Positions 53,111-64,000 of a stretch of DNA of 64,000 nt are shown piece after piece. Numbering within the stretch: position 1 is the first letter of the stretch; every line of letters starts with the position of its first letter. A model generated the notes under the pieces. The model saw nothing but the letters and a program-made list of their open reading frames with translations, did no database searches and was not told the DNA's origin. The stretch is from Anaeramoeba ignava BMAN (lineage: Eukaryota; Protista; Anaeramoebae). The stretch spans positions 124,001 to 188,000 of the forward strand of contig JAPDFW010000054.1 in the NCBI GenBank assembly GCA_028826165.1, given 5' to 3'. The position numbers and the translations under genes are program-made.

Positions 53111-56100
53111 ATGTTAAAACAAATAGATAAAGAATCTATTCATAAAATTACTTCTGGTCAAGTTATTACAACTCTTTCTAGTGCTTTAAAAGAATTAGTT
53201 GAAAACTCTCTTGATGCTCAATCAAATTCAATTAGTTAAAAATAATTTTCTTGATTTTGAGAAAATTAAACAAACAAAAATTTATTCAATTTTCTTTTTA
53301 ATTTTAGATATTCAATTTATAAATTATGGAATTGATAAATTTGAAGTTTCTGATAATGGAACTGGAATTTCTCCAAAAGATTTTAAAACTTTAGGTTTTT
53401 TTTTTTTATCTTTTTCAAAATGATTTCAAAAATTCATTTTTATATCTTTTTGTAAAATTAGCCAAAAAAAATTGCACTTCAAAATTATCAACATTTGATG
53501 ATCTAAATAAAATTTACTCTTATGGATTTCGAGGAGAAGCTTTAAACTCTTTATGTAGTTTAGCTGAAATTTCTGTAAAAATTATAAAATACTTAAAATA
53601 TTTTTCGAAAAACAAAAATTAAAAATTTACGAAAAAAAGCAAATATTTTCTTTTAGATAATAACAAGAACTGAAGAAGAAAATGTTGGTTCAATACTCAA
53701 ATTTGATTCAAATGGAGATCTTATTGAAAATTCACCAAGTAAACTTTTTTCAATAACTTCAATTCACAATAAAAATAATTTAATTTAAAATTTAATTTAT
53801 ATAAAAGTTGCTTGTTCAAAAGGAACAACAGTTATTTGTCAAAAAATATTCTCAAAATTCCCAGTTAGATATAATGAATTAAAAAGAAATCTTAAAAGAG
53901 AATATTCTAAAGCAATCACAACTTTACAATCACTTGCTTTAATTAATACTCAAACTAAAATATCTATTTATTTATCAACAAATAATAAATTTAAGCAATT
54001 GGTAATGAGTTCTGGTGGACAAACTCTAAAAGAAAATATTATCAAGATTTTTGGAACACAATTTGCAGGAAAACTTTATTCACTTAATTTTATTACAAAA
54101 AAAGAAAAGAATTCTCAAAATCAAATTTTAGAAATTTTTCCATTTCAATTCTCTGGTTTTATATCTAAAATGGAACAAAAATATGGAAGAAGAACTTCAG
54201 ATCGTCAACTTATTTTTGTAAATCAAAGACCTGTTGATGCTCCAAAATTACTTCAAGTTTTCAATGAATTTTATCGTAAAAAAATTTCTGAAACTTCAAG
54301 CTTATCTCGTTCAACTTTATATCCTATAATTATTATTAATTTCGTTCTTGATCCAAAACAATTTGATATTAATGTAACTCCAGATAAACGTAAAATGTTT
54401 GTTAAAAATGAACGTTTCTTGATTGAAGAAATTAAATTATATTTAGAAAAAGAATTTGATACAAGTACAAATACTTTGCGAATTCATTCAACTCTTGATT
54501 CCTTAATTAATATTCAAAATAAAATTTCACAAGAAAATCAATCACAAAATTTTAAAGAAAATCAATCACAACAATTTTAAAGAAAATCAATCACAAAATT
54601 TTAAAGAAAATCAATCACAAAATTTTAAAGAAAATCAATCACAAAATTTTAAAGAAAGTCAATCACAACATTTTAAAGAAAGTCAATCACAAAATTTTAA
54701 AGAAAATCAATCACAAAATTTTAAAGAAAATCAATCACAAAATTTTAAAGAAAATCAATCACAACATTTTAAAGAAAATCAATCACAACATTTTAAAGAA
54801 AATCAATCACAAAATTTTAAAGAAAATCAATCACAACATTTTAAAGAAAATGAATCACAAAATTTTAAAGAAAATGAATCACAAAATTTTAAAGAAAGTC
54901 AATCAAAAATTTTAAAGAAAATGAATCACAAAATTTTAAAGAAAATCAATCACAAAATTTTAAAGAAAGTCAATCACAAAATTTTAAAGAAAGTCAATCA
55001 AAAAATTTTAAAGAAAATCAATCAAAAAATTTTAAAGAAAATCAATCACAACATTTTAAAGAAAATGAATTACAAAATTTTAAAGAAAATCAATCACAAC
55101 ATTTTAAAGAAAGTCAATTACAAAATTTTAAAGAAAATCAATCACAAAATTTTAAAGAAAGTCAATCAAAAAATTCACAAGAAAATCAATCACAAAATTT
55201 TAAAGAAAATCAATCACAAAATTTTAAAGAAAGTCAATCAAAAAATTTTAAAGAAAATCAATCACAACATTTTAAAGAAAATGAATTACAAAATTTTAAA
55301 GAAAATCAATCACAAAATTTTAAAGAAAGTCAATCACAAAATTTTAAAGAAAATCAATCACAAAATTTTAAAGAAAGTCAATCACAAAATTTTAAAGAAA
55401 ATCAATCAAAAAATTTTAAAGAAAGTCAATCAAAAAATTCACAAGAAAGTCAATCAAAAAATTTTAAAGAAAGTCAATCAAAAAATTCACAAGAAAATCC
55501 TTTTGCACATTTTTTCTCTCAAAAAAATTCTCAACAAAATTCTCAAAAAGAAAAAATCAAAAAAATTAAAAAAAGAAAAAAAAATGATAATATTCAAGAA
55601 AAACAAGAAGAATTAAAACAACCAAAACTTTCCGTTATTATTCAACCTAAGAAAAAGGAAATAAAATCTTTTATGAAAAAATATAAAAAACTTTCTTTAA
55701 AAAATCAAAATGATAATTCTCAATCTTTAGAAAATCAAAATGATAATTCTCAATCTTTAAAAATCAAAATGATAATTCTCAATCTTTAAAAAACCAAAAT
55801 GATAATTCTCAATCTTTAGAAAATCAAAATGATAATTCCCAATCTTTAAAAATCAAAATGATAATTCTCAATCTTTAGAAAACCAAATTCAGGTTATTGA
55901 TTCAAATTTTATTCAAAATATCCAACAATCCTTTATAGAAAGGAAAAATGAAAATGAAACAATTTCAGTTTCAATAGGAATTCAAAATATTCAAAATATG
56001 TTTGAAAATTATTCAAACTTTTTACATAATTTACAACAAAAATCACAAAAACCTCAACTAGAAATTAGCGATCAAATGGAACCTTCCAAATCAAATTCAG

Positions 56101-56708
56101 AATGTGAAGCACAACTTCAATTAGTTCTTCAAAAAGAGGATTTCCTCAAAATGGAAATTATTGGCCAATTTAATAAAGGATTTATTATTACCAAATTAGG
56201 AAACGATCTTTTTTTGGTTGATCAACATGCAGCTGATGAAAAATTCAATTATGAAAATTTACTGAAAAATTCACCAATTTCAACTCAACAACTTTTTCAG
56301 CCTTTATCACTAGAATTAACAACACAAGAAGAATTAATAATTGAGGAAAACCTCGATATTTTCCATGCGAATGGATTTCGTTTTTCAATTGATAAGGAAG
56401 GAAAATCAACACAAAGAATCAAAGTGACTTCATTTCCAATTTCAAAGGGAAAGATGTTTACACAAGATGATCTTTATGAAATCATTTCCCATTTATCTCA
56501 ATCACCAGGTATTATGTATCGGCCAAATAAAGTTTCTGCTATTTTCGCTTCAAAGGCTTGTCGTTCAAGTGTAATGATTGGCCAATCACTTGATTTTTAT
56601 CAAATGAGAAAAATTGTGGATCATTTATCTTCTCTTGATCATCCTTGGAAATGTCCTCATGGAAGACCAAGTATCAGGCATTTATGTTCTCTTTCAAAAA
56701 ATAATTAA
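53111..56708 (+). CDS. PMS2: Mismatch-repair endonuclease PMS2 (yeast Pms1; MutL family); four short 5' introns; frameshifts in repetitive linker
   Basis: [67 protein letters not shown]. Confidence 0.93.
54531..55885 (+). repeat. Coding minisatellites in the PMS2 linker: 24-bp (ENQSQNFK)n and 33-bp ([11 protein letters not shown])n
   Basis: About 40 copies of AAGAAAATCAATCACAAAATTTTA at 54531-55495, plus about 5 copies of a 33-mer at 55700-55885. Confidence 0.92.
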
Positions 56709-56788
56709 TTAATTAATTAATTAATTGATTTCTGTTTTTATTGTTTGGGATTGTGAATCAAAAAAAAAAATATTTTTGAAATATTTTT

Positions 56789-57565
56789 TCAATTATTTGT
56801 ATTCAAATTTTGTGGAGTTTCTTGATAATTTAATGAATATTGATTTGATAATTGGGATTCAGGTTGATATTGATATTGAGGTTGATAATCAAATTGAACT
56901 GAATTTTGGATTGGATTTTGATATGAATTTTGGATTGGATTTTGATATGAATTTTGGATTGGATTTTGATATTCAGGTTGATATTGAGGCCCAAATTCAG
57001 ATTGATATTGAAAATCTGTTGGATTTTGATTTTGATATGGATTTGTTTGTGGTTCATTATAATTTATTGATTCCATTTCTTTTTCTTTTTCTTTTTCTTT
57101 TTCTTTTTTGATTTGATCTTCTTCAATTTTATTCTCCGTTTGATTTGTATTAGTTGAAAAATCAAATGGATTTTCATTATGATTATTAACCATTCTTTTT
57201 TAATTTTTTAATTAATTTTAATTAATTTTTAATTAATTTTTTAATTTTTGGATTTTGAAAAAATTTTACTGTTTTCTTTTGTTATAAAAAAATAATGAGA
57301 CTAACAATAAAAGACCTCCAATAACACACATAACAATTCCATAATATATTTGAGTTTTATTTTCAGTAACTTTTGATAAAATAATCGAAATAATTCCAAA
57401 CTTTTTTTTTTTGTTTTTTATTTTTAAAAAATGTTTATTTTTTGTTAATAAATTTTTCATTAAGCAAAAAAAATCAAAAATAAATTATACAATAATTGAA
57501 ATTATACTAAAGATCAACAAACGATACCATCCTGACCTCCAAAATTGATTACTTCCAACTCTCAT
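56789..57565 (-). CDS. Small membrane protein, tandem paralogue 1 (3 exons)
   Basis: MRVGSNQFWRSGWYRLLIFSIISII / FGIISIILSK...YGIVMCVIGGLLLLVSLFF / Q,N,P,Y-rich tail with FDYQPQYQYQP. Confidence 0.65.
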
Positions 57566-57721
57566 TTTAAATTAATATTCAAAAATAAAAAAAAATGAAA
57601 AATTCAAAAATGAAAAAATTTTTTTATTATTTTTTTGTGATCAAAAAGAAAATAATTTTGAATTAAATTTAATAATTTTCTTGATAATTTAATAGATTTT
57701 GATTTGGATTTTGAATTAAAT

Positions 57722-58451
57722 TTAATAATTTTCTTGATAATTTAATAGATTTTGATTTTGATTTGGATTTGGATTTGGATTTTGATTTGGATTTTGATTT
57801 GGATTTGGATTTGGATTTGGATTTGGATTTTGGTATGAAATTTGATAATCAGGTTGATATTGATATTGTGGTTGATAATCAAATTGAATTGGATTTTGGA
57901 TTGGATTTTGATATGAAATTGGATTTTGATATGAAATTGGATTTTGATATGAAATTGGATTTGGATTTGGATTTGAATCCAATTTAAATGTTTTTTCTTG
58001 TTCTTTTTTTTCTTGTTCTTTTCTTTCTTGTTCTTTTTCCATTTGTTCTGGATGAATAAGTGGATCTTGTACTTGATTTTGATTATTTCTATTTTTTGAT
58101 TTTTTGATTTTTTGATTTTTTGATTTTTTTGGATTTTAATTTTAATTTTGATTTTGAAAAAATTACGGTATTCTTTTGCTAGAAAAATATACTGCAACTA
58201 TCAATAAAATACCTCCAATACAACATACAACAATTCCAAAATATTTTGGAGTGTTATCTTCAGAAGCTTTTGAAAGAAGAACCGCCACAAGAATTCCAAA
58301 CTTTTCATTTATTTTTTATTTTGAAAAATTTTTTTTGAATAAGCAAAAAAATAAATAAATCAAAAATAAATTTTACAATAATTGCCAATATACTAAAAGT
58401 GAACAGTGGAATACATGGTAAGACACCTCTTCGTGGATTTCGTCCTCTCAT
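57722..58451 (-). CDS. Small membrane protein, tandem paralogue 2 (3 exons)
   Basis: MRGRNPRRGVLPCIPLFTFSILAII / FGILVAVLLSK...FGIVVCCIGGILLIVAVYF / FDYQPQYQYQP...LNYQENY. Confidence 0.65.
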
Positions 58452-58551
58452 TTTAAATTAATATCCAAAAATAAAAAAAAATGAAAAATTCAAAAATGAA
58501 AAAAATTTTTATTATTTTTGAATTAAATTGTTTTTGGAATAATTTTAATAA

Positions 58552-59491
58552 TTAAATTTTATAATTTTCTTGATAATTTAATAAATTTGAATTTTCATTT
58601 TGAAATTGATATTGATTTTGATATTGATTTTGATAATCAAATTGATTTGGATTTGGATTTGGATTTGGATTTGGATTTTCAATTTGATTGAAATTTGGAT
58701 TTGGATTTTCAATTTGATTTTCAATTTGATTTTCAATTTGATTTTCAATTTGATTTTCAATTTGATTTTCAATTTGATTTTCAATTTGATTGAAATTTGG
58801 ATTTAGATTTTGATTTTCAATTTGATTTTGAAAATTTAAAGGTTGATAATCAAATTGATTTTTATTTTGATTTTCATTTTGATATTTATCATATTGAATT
58901 GATGTTGTTTGTTGCTCTTGTTGTATTTGAAATTCTTGTTCTAATTGATTTTCTATTTGTTCTGGTTTGTTAATTAGGGTTTGAAGTTCTTTCTTCTTAT
59001 CACTAATTTTGGATTTTAATTTTGATTTTAATTTTGATTTTAATTTTAATTTTAATTTTGGATTTTGATTTTGATTTTGGATTTGAATTGGATTTTAATT
59101 TTGGATTTTGATTTTGATTTTAATTTAAATTTTGATTTTAATTTTAATTTTAATTTTTGAATTGGATTTTAATTTTAATTTATATTTTGATTTTGATTTT
59201 GATTTAATTACATTCGTTTTTTCTTGAAGTAAAAAAAGATGATTAAGATAGAATAAAATATGGAAAGACACAAAAATAAAATTCCATAGAAGAAACAATT
59301 GAAGTCATTGATTATTTTTGATAAAATTATCATTGTAATTGCTATCTATTTGATTTTTTTATTTTGAAAAAATCAATCAGAAGTAAAATTGTTTTCGTTG
59401 TTATTTTTAAACTAGTTACTATCATTAATGTAATAGTTACGAGGATGAAACGAATCATCAATGATTTAAATGATTTTTTGGGTTGTTCCAT
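58552..59491 (-). CDS. Small membrane protein, tandem paralogue 3 (3 exons)
   Basis: MEQPKKSFKSLMIRFILVTITLMI / AITMIILSK...FYGILFLCLSIF / ENQI repeats, ending LNYQENYKI. Confidence 0.6.
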
Positions 59492-59633
59492 TGTGATCTG
59501 TTTTAGAATAACTTGAAAAAATGAAAAATCAAAAAATGAAAAAAATGAATTTAATTTTGTTTAATGTTTTTTTAAATCAAAAAGAAAAATCAATCATTTT
59601 TGAATTAAATTGTTTTTGGAATAATTTTAATAA

Positions 59634-60744
59634 TTAAATTTTATAATTTTCTTGATAATCAAATTGATTTGGATTTTCTATTTGATATTCTATTTGATAT
59701 TGATTTGGATTTGGATTTTGATATGATATTTGAGATTCAGGTTGATATTGGTATTGAGGTTTATATTCAAATTGATTTTCGTTTTGAATTGGATTTTCAT
59801 TTTCATTTTGATATTGATTTGGATTTTCATTTTGATTTTGATTTTGATTTTGATTTTGATTTAGATTTTGATTTTGATTTTGATTTTGATTTTGATTTTG
59901 ATTTTGATTTTGATTTTGATTTAGATTTAGATTTTGATTTAGATTTTGATTTTCATTTGGAAATAGAGATGGAGTTTGATTTTGATTTTGATTTTGAAAT
60001 AGAGATGGAGTTTGAGATGTGTCATATTTAATTGATAATTTTTCTTGTTCTTTTTTTTCATATTCTTTGTCAAACTTATTTTCTATTTGTTCTTCTTTAT
60101 TAATTGGAACTTTAAGAGGATCTGGACTCCAACTATTTTTTATTATTTGGAATCAAATTGATTTTAATTTTAATTTTGATTTTAATTTTGATTTTAATTT
60201 TGATTTTGATTTTGATTTTGATTTTGATTTTGATTTTGATTTTGATTTTGATTTTGATTTTGATTTTGATTTTAATTTTGATTTTGATTTTGATTTTAAA
60301 TTTGAATTTGAATTTGATTTTGATTTTGATTTTGATTTTGATTTTCATTTTGATTTAAATTTTGATTTTGATTTTAATTTTGATTTTGATTTTAAATTTG
60401 AATTTTCATTTTGATTTTGATTTTGATTTAGATTTTTATTTTAGAAAAATTACTTTGTTTTTTGAATAAAAATTGTGGAGAAAATGACAATACACAATAA
60501 GAAAACAAATACACAAATTGCACCAACCAAGAAACCAGAAGAATGAGAGAAAATATAAGCAATAATGAAAATCATTGCAAGCTTTTGTTTTTAAATTTTT
60601 TTGGTTGTTCCAAAAAAAAATAAATCAAAATCTTAAAACAAATTTTTGCTAAATAAAAAAAATTATTTTTACACAAAAAGTCCCAATACTTGCAAGTATT
60701 ACTCGAATAATTAGAGCTTTTCGTTCTGAACCATCACAATCCAT
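59634..60744 (-). CDS. Small membrane protein, tandem paralogue 4 (3 exons)
   Basis: MDCDGSERKALIIRVILASIGTF / LAMIFIIAYIF...FLVGAICVFVFLIVY / QN repeats, ending DYQENYKI. Confidence 0.6.
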
Positions 60745-60916
60745 TGAGAATTAATAATTGAAAAAAAAAAGAAAAAAATGGAAATTAAAAAAAATCATTT
60801 TTGTTTTGATTTTCATTTTTGGAATAAAGAAAAAAAAAAGAAATGTTTTGGTTTTGTTCCGATTTTTGAAATTAGGGAAAATTGTTGAAAAAAAAAAAAT
60901 TTAAAAAGATTTAAAA

Positions 60917-63900
60917 TTAAAAATTGAAATTGTAAGTTGAATGAAGTTTTTGAGAAAGTTCAGGATCAAGTTCCTGAATAACTTCTGGAGCTTCTGCAAA
61001 GCAAATGAAGAAAGTTGTAACTCCTGAAATAATAGTTTCACTAATTAAATTAAATTAAATGAAATTAAATTAAATTAAATTAAATTATTTAAAAAATTTA
61101 AAAAATTACAGAATAATAAATGAAATAAAAACTGCAATTAATAATGAAACCAAACTGAATCCAATCCAAATCTTATCATGATTATAATGAATAAATGTAA
61201 GAATTCCTGTAATAATTGCTGCAATTATTCCTGTAGAGATAGCAGCAAGATTCACGACTCCTCCAATTAAATCATCATTAATTAAAGCAGTTAATCCTCT
61301 TTCTTTGAATAAATGGAATGTTTTCTTTGATGCTTGAAAGAAATTCATTCCATAAATGGAAATATAACCATAAGCAAATTGATTAAACTATTTTTTTTTA
61401 GAAAAATGGAATGATTTCAAATCAATCGTTTTCAAAATTGATTATTCAATTTAAAAAATATTTACAAATTGAACTAGCCAATCTAAGAAATTTAAGCAAT
61501 AAATGCAAAGACACCTCACACAATCATTTCTATTTTTGTGACCTGAACGAGCAATCCATCTAAGTGTTTTTATAACTGCCACAATTAAAGATCCAAGACA
61601 AATTGATCCAAAAGAAAACGTGAATGCTCTTTTCAAAGATTTCAAAGTAGGATCTTTAGGCATATCTCCTTTCAAGAAATCTATCAAATTAAAAAATTCG
61701 AATTAAAAAATTCAATTTAAAAAATCAATTTAAAAATCAATTCAATTTAAAAATCAATTTAAAAAATCAATTTAAAATATTTACAATAACTTGCATAAGT
61801 TCCACTTGATGTTGTATGTATTCCGTTTTTTATTACAGTACTGGTCCAAAAGTAAGAAAAAACAACATAAATTGCCCAATATCCATTATTGAGATTATAA
61901 GTTAAAATTGCAACATAAAACCAAGCAATAGTCCATAAAATTTGAAGAATAACTCCAAACAAAAATGCGATTGTTATCTTGAATTTTTATTTTGATTTTG
62001 ATTTTGATTTTGAATTTTGATTTTAATTTTAATTTTGATTTTGATTTTGATTTTGATTTTGATTTTGATTTTGATTTTGATTTTGATTTTGATTTTGATT
62101 TTGATTTTGATTTTGATTTTGATTTTGATTTTGATTTTATTACCATTGCTGGATATTTTTGAAGAGTTCTAGTAACAAAAGTTAATAAAAGAGCTGAAAA
62201 TGGAATTCTTCTTGCCCAAGCTCGATAAACAAGAATTGAAATAACAAAGAAAACAAGGAAAATAATACCTCCAACAATAGATCCCAAAACAAACATAGCA
62301 ATAGCAAGAATTCCAATAAAAAGTATTCCCTTTTTTTGGATTTTGATTTTAATTTTAATTTTAATTTTGATTTTGATTTTGATTTTAATTTTGATTTTAA
62401 TTTTGATTTTGATTTTGATTTTAATTTTAATTTTGATTTTAATTTTAATTTTGATTTTGATTTTGATTTTAATTTTGATTTTGATTTTGATTTTTATTTT
62501 AATTTTAATTTTGATTTTGATTTTAATTTTAATTTTAATTTTGATTTTGATTTTGATTTTGATTTTGATTTTGATTTTAATTTTAATTTTAATTTTAATT
62601 TTAATTTTAATTTTGATTTTGATTTTGATTTTGTTTTTGATTTTAATTTTGTTTTTGATTTTGTTTTTGATTTTAATTTTGATTTTAATTTTGATTTTAA
62701 TTTTAATTTTAATTTTGATTTTGATTTTGATTTTGATTTTGATTTTAATTTTAATTTTGATTTTGTTTTTGATTTTAATTTTGATTTTAAATTTTAATTT
62801 TAATTTTGATTTTGTTTTTGTTTTTGATTTTAATTTTGATTTTAATTTTGATTTTGATTTTAATTTTAATTTTGATTTTGATTTTGATTTTAATTTTGAT
62901 TTTGATTTTAATTTTGATTTTGATTTTGATTTTAATTTTGATTTTGATTTTAATTTTGATTTTGATTTTGATTTTAATTTTGATTTTGATTTTGATTTTA
63001 ATTTTGATTTTAATTTTGATTTTAATTTTAATTTTAATTTTAATTTTAATTTTAATTTTAATTTTAATTTTGATTTTGATTTTAATTTTAATTTTGATTT
63101 TGATTTTGATTTTGATTTTGATTTTGATTTTAATTTTAATTTTGATTTTGATTTTGATTTTGATTTTGATTTTGATTTTGATTTTGATTTTGATTTTAAT
63201 TTTCATTTTGATTTTGATTTTGATTTTAATTTTAATTTTAATTTTAATTTTGATTTTGTTTTTGTTTTTGATTTTAATTTTGATTTTGATTTTGATTTTA
63301 ATTTTAATTTTAATTTTAATTTTGATTTTTGAATTTTAATTTTGATTTTGATTTTGATTTTAATTTTGATTTAAATTTTACAGAAAGTAAAGTAAATTTA
63401 AGCAATCCTTTAGCATATTTTTTCATTAATTGAATCCATATCCAAGAACCAATAACAGCAGAAAGAATAGAAATTGAGAATGTAATCCAAATGAATTTTG
63501 CAGAATAAGTTTTATTATCATCTGGATGATAATCCGAAGAATTAGATTTAAATTTCAAAGTTAAAACGAATAAAACAACAAGATGAGCAATAAAAAGGAC
63601 AGAAGCCCAAACATCATTGAATTTATGAGTTTTAAATTTCTCTCCAAGATCTTGATCGCCATGAGATTGTGAGGAGTTGAATTTTGAAGGGTTTTCAAGA
63701 TCTTTGTGATACTGGTTCATTTGGTTCGTTTGGTTCATTTCATGTTGTTGGTTCATTTGTGGTTCTTGATAGTATTCCTGGTTCATTTCTGGATGAGGAT
63801 AGAATTGTGGATTTAATGGCGGTTGTTGATGATATGGGTTGTTCATGTTCCCTTGTTGATACGGTTGATATACTGGCCCATATGCTGGTTGATACATCCC

Positions 63901-63999
63901 TGTTTGTTGCCGCATTGTTGGATCAATTAATGGTTGATTTTGTGATTCTGGATCATATGGTTCATATTCTTCTGGTGACGTTGTTTCTTCTTTGGACAT
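60917..63999 (-). CDS. Choline-transporter-like (SLC44/Pns1) protein; introns include 62330-63381 and 61978-62143
   Basis: FNDVWASVLFIAHL, RRIPFSALLL, SLKRAFTFSFGSICLGSLIVA, FAYGYISIYGMNFFQASKKTF, LINDDLI, FFICFAEAP. Confidence 0.9.
62340..63375 (-). repeat. Intronic (AAAATC/AAAATT)n microsatellite
   Basis: About 1 kb hexamer array in CTL intron 1. Confidence 0.95.
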
Positions 64000-64000
64000 T

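Noticed and set aside
54921-55616. 231-aa KKINHKIL-repeat ORF as a separate gene
   Set aside because: Off-frame reading of the PMS2 linker minisatellite.
62336-63339. ORFs of poly-IL, FNFD or KI (also 41380-41635, 42586-42795, 48645-48933, 59669-60414)
   Set aside because: They are translations of hexamer microsatellites in introns, or antisense readings of QN tracts.

Overview
Very AT-rich, gene-dense eukaryotic (protist) DNA with GT-AG spliceosomal introns and the standard code. About 17 genes are supported: a STRA6-like 3' fragment, syntaxin-5, a prokaryote-like VWA protein, two tandem USP9X/24/34-type deubiquitinases, exocyst Sec15, a hypothetical gene, NOC2, a BTB/coiled-coil/armadillo gene, a Rhesus-type ammonium transporter, a Na+/K+-ATPase alpha subunit, PMS2 (MutL), four tandem small membrane-protein paralogues and a CTL/Pns1 transporter. 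Two things stand out. (1) A 365-aa class-1 intein with a decayed LAGLIDADG endonuclease splits the catalytic DK/TGT phosphorylation motif of the Na+/K+-ATPase (49787-50881). (2) A BTB gene has an ARM array built from at least 14 tandem exon+intron units. The introns are near-identical, the exons are symmetric phase-1, and the most variable codons lie on the peptide-binding face of helix 3, which suggests a diversifying receptor or substrate adaptor. Many introns are inflated by their own satellite, many 3' splice sites are A-rich, and a TCATTT initiator-like motif precedes most start codons. The intein, the motif and the Q/N repeats suggest an Anaeramoeba-like metamonad (inference only). Homopolymer frameshifts and garbled repeat regions indicate residual assembly error. 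All family calls come from motif recognition, not database searches.
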